Assembly: GCA_015680685.1 (NCBI GenBank)
Contig: MNCI01000967.1
Coordinates: 534,521-598,520, forward strand
DNA length: 64,000 nucleotides
From: Gnetum montanum
Lineage: Eukaryota > Plantae > Gnetophyta
Direction: 5' to 3'
The position numbers were made by a program, and so were the translations under genes. Below are positions 1 through 10,900 of the stretch, in pieces. Each line of letters opens with the position of its first letter. Position 1 is the first letter of the stretch. The notes under the pieces are model-generated. The model did not search any database. It was not told where the DNA came from and saw only the letters and a list, made by a program, of their open reading frames with translations.

Positions 1-281
1 GCACATACTCATCGGGATGAGTATATGTGACTTTGGATTGTTGAGGACATGGTTGATTTTGGTTATGCGTATGATCCTGACTTTCTCCTGTATTGTCCTT
101 AGGTGAGTTGATTGCATGAGAAGAAGCCATTTCTAATGGTGTGCTAACTTTCACCGTTATTTGTGTTCTGAATTAACTGATTAACCCTAAGGTTCATTTT
201 TTTTAAGCTCACAATGATGTGAGTGATATCCCTTATGTTTAATTGATGAAAAAACACTTAGTCCCCGGAAAATGGCGCCAA

Positions 282-966
282 TGATGAGTGGCGAGGTACC
301 CCTACACTCAACCATACGAATACGAGCATGCACGCGCGATCCGGTCGAACTCCGCAAACTAAATGCCTTAACACCACAAGAAACACTTGGGNNNNNNNNN
401 NNNNNNNNNNNNNNNNNNNNNNNNNNNNNNNNNNNNNNNNNNNNNNNNNNNNNNNNNNNNNNNNNNNNNNNNNNNNNNNNNNNNNNNNNNNNNNNNNNNN
501 NNNNNNNNNNNNNNNNNNNNNNNNNNNNNNNNNNNNNNNNNNNNNNNNNNNNNNNNNNNNNNNNNNNNNNNNNNNNNNNNNNNNNNNNNNNNNNNNNNNN
601 NNNNNNNNNNNNNNNNNNNNNNNNNNNNNNNNNNNNNNNNNNNNNNNNNNNNNNNNNNNCAAAACCATGTACTGCAAGGTTTATCCAATCAAGTTCGTCT
701 TTATTGCCGTACACAACTTGGGTTCAGGTTTACAAGCTGCTCGAATAAAGAGCTGTTCACTCTAGGACTCCTACTGCGGGCACATGGGAAAAATTCTAAC
801 TCTGGAGTGATCAATCTGCCAGAGCTTCGCTACTTCTAGCTAGGATTGGGAAATGAAGGGAGTGCCGCCTCTTATTTATAGATATGATGGCGGGACGCGA
901 TATCGCGTACACGATATCGCAGGGTAAGACGCGATATCGCGGCCCAGTGCATGTCGCGTCTCATCA
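282..966 (-). mobile_element. 5' LTR of a young Athila-like Ty3/gypsy element that continues off the left edge (N-gap inside)
   Basis: Minus strand reads TGATGAG...CTATAAATA...GGGGTACCTCGCCACTCATCA, followed by PBS TTGGCGCCATTTTCCGGGGAC (281-261), similar to the Athila TGGCGCCGTTGCCGGGGA; CpGs retained. Confidence 0.8.
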
Positions 967-1726
967 AAGGGCATAAAAGGCCTGTGCCTGCTTTGTAGAG
1001 GACCCACTTGCATACCTTTTGGTTTGGTTAAGTTAAGTTCTTTAACCTTAGATATTTTTACAATCGAATTCTTTTTATTTATCCTATCAATGCCAACCAA
1101 TTATGTGTATCTTCACAACTATTTTTAATGAATTCTTTCTTTTTATTGTTTTGAATTTCCATACCCTCTTTTTAGTATTCCTTGTGTTAAGCTTTTTCTG
1201 AATTTTATGGACCACTCCTCTTACTTAGCCTATTTGTCATTCTTTCCACTAACATTATCAAGCAACCAATCTACCACAATCACAACTTAGCTAGATAAAA
1301 TAACTGACGAGATAAGGTATTCAACTACTATGTGTTACACTTTATATACTAATCCTTGATTTTTTTGCCATTGCAATGGGGAGCATGGATTGGAAGCGGG
1401 ACTATCTTCACCAAGGAGGATGCAACAATATCACTCACGGGAGATTGTTCATGACCACTGGATCTCTTCTACCTCTCCCTCATTCTTCTATTGCCAAGAG
1501 GGGTTGGATGTCCATTGGATTCGAGGGTGTTCTTTCCTATTATTATGAACACCCAATTTTATACACAATTATAATGATGTATGATTGAGCACTTCTATAT
1601 TTGTCAGTTTCCTCTGTGTCACTCTGCATGTCAGTCAAACATTCCATACCTCCTAATATATTTTGTAAATTACTTGTTCCTCTTCTTCTATACTCAAGGA
1701 CAACTTTTCATTCAGTCGTGGAGGTA

Positions 1727-2582
1727 TGATGAATCATGTTTTACTTAAGCTCTGATATCAGAGTGGCCATGATATTGGGTACACAATATCATGGTCCAAG
1801 ATGCGATATCAAGCATGCGATGTCACAGGATACTCCTGGGCCTATAAATATAGCCCTTGGGCACACGATTCAATAGTAGTTTTTGAAGTCAAGTACTGAA
1901 ATTCTTGTAGTTTGTTCATTCAAGGGTTAGAATATTTTTCAAATGCCCACAGTAGGAGTTCTAAGTGTAATTAGATCTTTATTCAAGCATTGATGCACCT
2001 AAACATACCATTGTGTTGGCAATAAAGATGAGCACTTTGATTCATCTTTGCAGCACTTGAGACTTTCTTTCTTTATGCATTTCTATATTGTGATTTCATG
2101 TAGTTCACATTTAATGTTATTCATTACACAATTAATTTTGATCAATTAAATAACTAATTAAAATACACAAGCATGACCCCTTTGAACATATGTGTGACAC
2201 TTGGTAGCTCAGAAATGATTAGTGTTTGACAACCCAATAGTGCCTACACAAAGATCAAGATGTGTCTAGGAAGTGGAAATGGTTAGTTGTGTTAGGTTAT
2301 ATTAGATAATAGTTTACTTAGCATTTAATTACGCTCACTTTCATTATTTTTTTAGGTGATCAAATTGATAAAACATAAAATAATAAAAATATTATGCCTC
2401 AGTCACACTTAACCATACACTTGCATTTCACAAGTGAGATTGGGATGACGATGAATGGATAACACAAATTCATTATTTAACTCTATCGTACTTGGTAATT
2501 AAAGTCTATAGAATTTGACTGGATTGCACATGAATGCTTTTGATTCATATGTTTGGGTGTAGGGGTACCTCCCTACTCATCA
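1727..2582 (+). mobile_element. Athila-like 3' LTR (family A)
   Basis: Preceded by PPT-like GTGGAGGTA; TGATGA...CTCATCA termini; TATAAATA; conserved U5 end. Confidence 0.8.
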
Positions 2583-2779
2583 CCATCAAGGAACATGTCA
2601 TGGTATTCAATTTTGTATCATGAACATCATCATTTTTGTAATGTGTTGATCCATACACTTAGACACTCTATTTTTGTCAAGTTAGTCTATTTTATTTGTG
2701 AAAGCTCAATCAATAATTCCATACCTTTTCAATTTTGTAGAAGAACTCAAGGATAAGTTTTCATTCAGTCGTGGGGGTA

Positions 2780-3667
2780 TGATGAGTCACAATTTTATTA
2801 GCTACATCGACAAGGCCTCATTGACACAACCTTGTTGATTAGGCCTCATCGATGAGGCCCTATCAACACAGTGTCTATTTTTTATTATAAATACATGTCC
2901 ACCAGCCACATTTATGGCATTGAAATTTTAGAAGCAGCAAAGCTCTTGTAGTTTGTTCATTTAAGAGTTAGAATTTTTCTCCCGAGTGCCCTCAGTAAGA
3001 GTCATTGAGTGTACGGATCTTTATTCAAACATTGTTATACCTAAGCATGATAGTGTGTATGGCAAAAAAGATGAGCTTTTTGATAAACTTTGCAACATTT
3101 TGAATAGATTAAATATTTTATTTATGCATTTACTGTTTTCAATTATTTATTCAATGTTGTCTAGTAATTAAGCTAATGAAGTAATTAAACAAGATAATCT
3201 AGATAGATTAAACACATAAGTATGACCACTTCGAGCATAACACGTATGCACTTGGTAATCCCAGTAGAATTATTGCTTAGTATGCCCAGTAACGTAACAC
3301 TTGGTAACCCAGCAGTAGGTACATGGGTTCAGGACATGTAGAAAGTGGGACCAGATGCTTATGTTAGGAATAGTTAGATACTAGTAATTAGTTAAATTAA
3401 ATTAGTTAATCCAATTATTTTATCTTTTTTAAAACACCAAACCATAAAATAAAAAATGATAAAAAATCAGATGCCTCCATTACACTTAATCATACCAGTG
3501 TACATCTCAAGTGTAATTGGGAAGACAATGATTGACCTTAAGGCAAAGATTCACTTCCTAGAAGACTTGTGCATCAAAAACTATAAAGTCCATAGAATTC
3601 AACCAGATCATGCATGAACACTTTGTGATTCATATGGTTGGACATAGGGGTACCTAACCACTCATCA
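2780..3667 (+). mobile_element. Athila-like 3' LTR (family B)
   Basis: Preceded by PPT GTGGGGGTA and about 190 bp of 3' internal sequence; TGATGAG...CTCATCA termini. Confidence 0.8.
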
Positions 3668-5820
3668 CCAAGACAAAACTCCAATCAAATGGAAGCTAGG
3701 TATTTATAATGATAAAACTAAATAATATTTTTCTCTAATAAAAAATTCTAATCAGTGACAAAAATTTAAACTACATGTTTCCTAATTCTAATAACAAAAA
3801 TAATCAATTTCTAAGATTGATTCTTCTATTACTTTTCTCACAATTACCTTGAAGATATATAGGTTCTATAAGCTATACAAGGTCTTGCATTCAAACCCCA
3901 ACAAGGCTATCTATAGGACATAATTCTATTTCTACCACACTATAGTAAAAATAAAATATTGATTTAAATAAACATAAAAGCATAAATGTCATACCTTAAA
4001 AAATGAATGATAATATTAAAAAAAACTAAGTACATCACATCAACAATGAGAAAGTAATAAAAAAAAGCTCAATTATTTTGGGGATGCCTTTCTAGGTTTT
4101 CATCCTTACAATAAATCCTAAAAATCATTCTTCTAGGTTAGGAGAAGAATCAAGTCTTTCCTTTATTTAAAGCAGCCTCATGATTTTACACTTCTTACTA
4201 AATGATTTCTTATAAAGAGGAGAAAACTCTCTCTAAATATAAAAGAGTACATTAATCAGAAATAAAGAACAAATACCAAGGAAGCCTAAAACATTTCCAT
4301 CCTTGAGTCACCAAAACAAAAAATAAATTAATATTATAAAAAAAATTAATTGTTTAGCTTTAACAAGGATCTTTGTTTCCTAAAGCTGTAGTTGATAAGA
4401 AACATCTTTGAGAATATAGTATTTGACTATTAAAGAGAGATCATATTTATTTTCCTACTACTAGAAAATAACTACATATATAAGCTTTCAAATAGAGTAG
4501 ATAATAAGTAGTCAAAGATAATTTTAAATGCAAAGGATGTAGGCAAATCAAGTTGTTCACAAAGAATGACTTCATTGATGTCTAGCTAAAAGTTATTCCA
4601 ATTTTTATATGTCTATTTCCAAGCATGCTAATCAATAGGACATTCAAAAAAGACATGAAAAAGTAAGCATTCACTTCTACAAAGAGGATATTAAGGGGGA
4701 ATATTTATTATATATTTAAGACAAGTGTGGATAAGAATACCTTGATGAATAAACCATAATAAAAAATAGGAATTTTAGGAAATGTAGAAGCTCTCCAAAT
4801 ATCTTTCATTTTTATCATCCAAAAGTGAGATAATAATTGCATTTTTAAGTCTTATTGAATTTTTTCTAAATAAATTGATTCTTTATAATAATCTCATAAG
4901 AAAATGTCAAATTAAAAGGAAAAATAGATCTACCATCCTTCAAAACAACATTTGAAAAAGCGTAATGTAAACTATTTTCAACTTTAAATAAGTTCTCAAT
5001 ATTAAAAAATAAATTTTCCAAATTCTTTTTTCTCTTTCTATTCAAACTATAGAGGCTAGAAACTTCATTCCAAGTTATTCATCTACCATGCATGCATAGA
5101 CAAGAAACTACTATTATATCAAATTTTCTCTAAGTGGTACACAATCTAGATGCATTAGTAGTTCAAGATCCTTCATTAAAAGGAAGGTACCATACGCTAT
5201 TTTACTTAAGCATATCTTCTAAAACTATAATATGATTTAAATTCTAATATCTACTAAGCTTTTACCATGTCTTTTAAATTTGTATAAAAATAGGAGAACC
5301 AAAAATAGAAATGGCCTAAGGAAAAAGAAGATAGTGAAGAAAGCTATTAGAAAAACAAATCTTATAATTCTTAGGTTTTCCTTGCATAAGTTTATTTCTT
5401 AAAAAGAATATCTAAACATCATCTCCATTAATGCACTTTGTAACCCATTTTGTAGCAAGAGAAATACCTTAGTTATAATAATTAATGAGGTCAAGTCCTT
5501 CATCTTTTTTACTACAAGTGTACATATCCCAAGTAACTCTAGAAAAGTTTTTCTATGTTTCTTAACAGACAAAGAAATCAATAGATAATACAATCAATTC
5601 CATTATAAGAAGTTTTAGAATGAGCCCAATAACTGGAGTAATAAACATGGATTAATTAAAGTATTTTCTTAATAACTAAAATGTTGTTAGTAAGGATGAG
5701 CTTGTTTTCTTTTCATTTATCGAGCTTCTTTTCAATTTTATTAGCATTTGATGAATCATCAATTGGCTGGGTTATCTAATAAAAAGTCAACTTTTTGGTT
5801 GGCACTAATATCCTAGCCCC

Positions 5821-5918
5821 AATAACAAGGCTTTGATAACAAGGCCCTAATAACAAGGCCCCCATAACAAGGCTTCAATAACAAGGCCCTGATAACAAGG
5901 CTCCAATAATAAGGCCTC
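5821..5918 (+). repeat. 14-bp tandem repeat (RATAACAAGGCYYY) x7 in LTR U3
   Basis: Counted directly; 8 copies at 11859-11970 in the 3' LTR. Confidence 0.95.
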
Positions 5919-7415
5919 ATCGATGAGGCCCCATTGATGGAGCCTAGCAATAAAATCTATAAATACATGCTTACAGTTGTGTTTATGTAATTCTTTTGTC
6001 AATAGAGTAGCCAAACTCTTGTAACTTGATTTCATAATCTTAGAGAACAGTCAATGAGTGCCTGCAGTGTGGATCTAAGTTAGTTGTGTGGTGTCTTATT
6101 TGAGTGGCAATGTACCTGGACAAATTCCATGAATGACAATAAGATCGAGATTAATTCTTATTCATTGCAGCACTAACTTAAATTAAATTTACTTTTAATG
6201 TAATTTATATTCCATGTACTTAGTTAATATTTACATTTTCATGCATGTTAATGAATTGGCAAAATGAGCACAACTAGTTTCTAGTGTAAACATGTATTTG
6301 CTTGGTAATCCTAGCAGTGTTATTGCTTGGTTTGCCTAGTAGCATAGTGCTTGGTAATCCCAGTAGTGGATACATGGGTTCAGGACATGTATGGCAAGTT
6401 GGGTACAAACACTCATCATCCATAGGCTTATTAATTAGTTTAAACAAATGATTTCTTTATTGTCGTTAGGAGTAGCATAATGCTGAAACAACATCAAGAA
6501 TCATATGCCTCACTCTGGACTAAATCATATGTGACAAAGCTACCACTAGTTCAAGTGGGAAGACAATGAATTACAATCAAGGCATAATGATCTAAATGCC
6601 ACAACTACTCCCATCCATGGAATTCGACTGGATTATGCATGAATGCTCGTGATTCTTATGGTTGGGTCTAGGGGGTACCTCATCGCTCATCATTGGTTTT
6701 GTTGCCGAGGATGGTGCTAGTTATCTAGATTAGTTATATCATACATGAACATTGTAAACCCATTAATTAACTATCTTTGGGAAAATACTAAGTTACACAC
6801 ATCATACACTAACAACAATGTCCCTTTCACAAGAAACCGATAATGCATTATATGAAGAGAACATTTATTGGAGAACCAATGAGATATATACCGAAGAAAA
6901 TCAGAGCGACCAACCTCATGCAGGGGTTTCATATGTTCACAACCATCTTGACAACACTCAAGGACTACATTCACCTAAGGTAGACAACCCTAGAGAAGAT
7001 GAAGTAAGTTCTGGACTAGGGAAGGCCTCAAAGCCTAGGACCTCCTCAAAACCTAAAAAAGATAACTCAAGGAACTATGAGGAACATCATCAAAGCCATG
7101 GCAATCCTCCCAATTCCCCATCTTTCTCTTCCTCTTCAATGTCTAGTTCTGATGAAGATGAACATAGGTATAGAGACAAAGCTCTACTATGGGGTCAAAA
7201 TAAAGGTAGAAATCAAAACCATGGGAAAAATCAATGATCTCAACACGAACACAACCAAAACTACCACAATCGAACAAATAGAAATAACAATTTTCACCAT
7301 GCCATGTCCAATGATGATCAACCCTTATTGGTCTCTAAGAGCCTGATGCATATCATAGAGGTAGTTAAGATACCCCACAAGTACCGTAGGGAAAGTCACA
7401 TAAAAAGACTCAATA

Positions 7416-7954
7416 TGAATAATATCCCTGAATTTGTGGGAGGTTATGATTCTAATCCATAACATCACTTACAAGCCTTCCATGATGCATGTGCCTTGCA
7501 AAATGTTGAAAATAAGCGGCAAAAGCTTAAGCTCTTCCCTAGGACACCAATAGATGAAGCTAAAAGTTGGTATAGATCATTGGAACCAAGTTTCATCCAC
7601 CAATGGTCCACAATGCTACAACTTTTCAATGAAAAATACCAAACCTATGCAAGAGTGTCCAACCTAAGAAAACAAATCCAAGGGTGCAAGCAAGAAAATC
7701 GTGAACCCTTGGATGTGACCTTGGATAGATACTATTTGCTACTACATAGATGTCCCAGCCATGATTTCTCTCAAAAAGAGAAAATTTTCCACATCATAGA
7801 TGGGCTTGATAATGAAACAAGGGAGACCCTTGGGATGTATGCTCAAGGTCAATTGTACGAATTAAAAGCCCATCAAATACAAAGGCTAATCAGGCTAGTG
7901 GCAAAAGAAGAAGGAGAGCTATGTAAACAAGAGAACATAGAGGAAAATAACTAG
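7416..7954 (+). pseudogene. Retrotransposon gag (Athila-like capsid region)
   Basis: IPEFVG..HLQAFHDAC..KLKLFP..EAKSWY..W..F.EKY..QIQGCKQ..E.L....RY..LL..CPSH; in-frame stop near 7460. Confidence 0.8.
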
Positions 7955-10900
7955 GACCCAACTCTTCAAAGGAAAAGGGTCCATATCTATGATGAGGAAA
8001 AAGAGGCAGCTCTCGATGAGGTGATTTCACAACAAACCTTGCCACTGCAACAATCTCTTGATGAACTCCAGGCAAGGCTAGATAGGATGTTAAAGTCGAT
8101 AAATGAAAAAGCTACAACTTTTATAGAAATTATAAAGGAGAAGGTAACACAAAATGAATTAGGTGATCATAATATATGGAGGAAGAAGAACTAAGAAACA
8201 ACTAGGAACACTTATCGGCAAATAGGGAAAATGGCTATAGAAGAAGAGGCTATAGACTCAACCATAGAAGAAGATGATGGATGTGACATCTACCTATATG
8301 ATCATCCAAAAGGCTATTGCCCAATCATGTTACATCTACATGAGTATTGGGCTTTTGCATTGAATCCCAAGTTTGCACAGAGCAAATACCTAGAAAATTA
8401 CCTTTCTCACAAGGTAATTATAGACAGTCCTACAACCAACCGTACCATCCTAGTGGGACTTCTTACCAGCCTCAACACTATCATCCAACATAGTGGAAAA
8501 ACCTACAGTCATGAGGGAAGCCATCATCAAACTAGCACTACCTTTACTATCAGCTGAACTTGCATAGGTATTATGTTCAACACCTTATTTCCCTAATTGG
8601 TTCTACTTCCTCTAATTCAAATCATTACTACCACTCCCCTAAATACCATCATGGCACAACATCTTCTGAAGGATCACCACCTCACACCTCTCATCCTTTG
8701 TCATATCCTCAATATTCTCATACTTCCCTCCACCATATGTCACCACCAACAACATAGGAAGGTTCAGCACCACGACATCAACAAGAGAATGCCACTTGTG
8801 CTACAAACATACACAAAAATGATAATGCTAGTAGATCTCCACCATAATCTTAGAAACACCCTTTCTTTAGGATAGTCCCCACATGTAAGCACAAAACTTG
8901 TGGACCTACTAACTCATCCAAACTAGCAAAATTCCAATCAAGTGCAACATCCTTCCTTTCACAACCAATGTCCTCTAATCCTATGCAAAGGCCAACATCC
9001 ATTGTTACTCCAACACCTAATAGAAACAATGAATCTAGCACTGTGGAGAGACAGAAGAATCCGTGCATCACTACTAATAGTAAGGATGCAGTTGTGGGCC
9101 AAAAGTTTGAAATATTAACACAACCCATATACCAACCCACAACAAAGCTAAAGAATAAGTGTTTGAGTAAAAACTAGCCTACGTAGTAGCCACTAAACTA
9201 GAAGACATCCAGTGGCTTGAAAATGAGAATATAAAATTGTTTCAAAGATGCATGGAGGTAATTGATCCACTTATTAGTTCTAGACTTAAGAAAATAGACC
9301 AAACAAAGGACTTAGACATAGATATCTTATACTCTAATTATACACTAGAAAAGGAAGTTAAACATGGAGACCCAAGAATTAACATAGAAAATCAAGAAGA
9401 TGAAGCACACACATCTGGACCCCCAAAAACAAAAATACCTTCAAGTCTAGATGAAGATATGTCTCCAAATGATTCAAACAAGACTATTGCCAATGTTAGA
9501 TGTGCTACAACACGATTAATTAAATTAGTAGCAATGATAAATGGAAAATTGGTGGTGTATAACTAGGGAATTGTGTAGTCCATCTCCCGAATGTGTAGCC
9601 ATAAGATTAGTCATGAAGGAGATGCTCCATCTTGGTTCAAGAACTAATAACTATTTTTTACCTTTTTATTTTTACAATTTCTTATCATTTTCTTATTTCT
9701 TCCAAAATTTTCTGGTTCTTAAAATGTTTTCCATTTCTTAATATTTTTCTTTTATTTATATTTTTCTTTTTTCTTGAGTTATTTCCTTTATTTTTTATGA
9801 ATTTCTTTTTATATTTTCATTAATAATATTGCTAAGTCATGATGCAAAAGTCAATGTGATGTGTTGAATTTTTATTCTATGCTATCAAGATGATTGGATA
9901 AGTAATTATGTAAAGTAGTGAAACCACCTCATCCATCCCTCCAGTTCTCTAAATAAAAGGTATTTTTTATGGAAACAATTTGATTCTTCTTTCATGAAAC
10001 TAAAATTAATCAATGATCATTGTACCTTGAAGAAATAAGAAACAACCAAGTGGGAATGGTAAGGATGTGACCTCAATGGAACTTGTTGGGTTTTCTTCTT
10101 GTCTTCATTCATGTGGTTTATGAATCCTCTTGGAACGTATCATCACTCCTCCATAAACCAATAAAAAAGAAGCTTTGTCTTTGCATGGTGTGATTTCAAT
10201 TTCAAAAAAAATAAAAAATAAAAAGAAAAATAAGGAAGAAAAAAACAATAATGGGAATTCAACGCCACCCCTTAGACATAATAATTGGCTACAAGCATTG
10301 GTTATGGGGCTAGAAAGACATGTTACCCATGCTTGAAGGCACCCCTCTAACTAAGGCCCTTCCTTCTTCTTCTTTCTTCTCTTTTAGGAGTGATGATCAT
10401 TCTTTGAGGTGCTTGTGGACTCTTAGTGGTAGGCAGGAGGGGACACATCAATGCAAGGTTACTGTTCATGGTATGGACTTGGTTTGAACTTGGATGCATA
10501 GGTATGTTGATCATTTTAATCAGATTTTTCACAAGAACCTATTGTGGACATGGTCAAGTACCATACATCCCAATCTCTACAATTCCTTCTCATCTTATTA
10601 TTCACCTCACTACTGCATGTGATTATGAGACTTTTGGTTTTTTCTAGTATAGTACAACATCCCAACCACAGTAGTTGTGTGTTGTTTGGAACAAAGGCAT
10701 GGTCTACATTTAACTTTTTGGATGCCCATGAACATCTATAGAAGTGGTTATGCAAGGGCATTATGGTAGGAGCCTGCTTTGGGGAGGACCCATTTGCATA
10801 ACTTTTGTTGATCATGGCTTCGAACTAACCTTCACATCTTCTATAACATCAATGATAGTTTCTCTGAATTTATGCATAATTTTGGTACTACTTCTCATCA

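Noticed and set aside
282-300. Hammerhead ribozyme core from TGATGAG
   Set aside because: It is the LTR terminal inverted repeat; no CTGATGA..GAAA..NUH geometry
187-839. ORFs of 100-175 aa spanning the N-gap (also 59863-61222)
   Set aside because: Artefacts of translating N; the underlying DNA is LTR
5821-5918. CRISPR-like repeat array
   Set aside because: Head-to-tail 14-mers without unique spacers, inside a plant LTR, no cas genes
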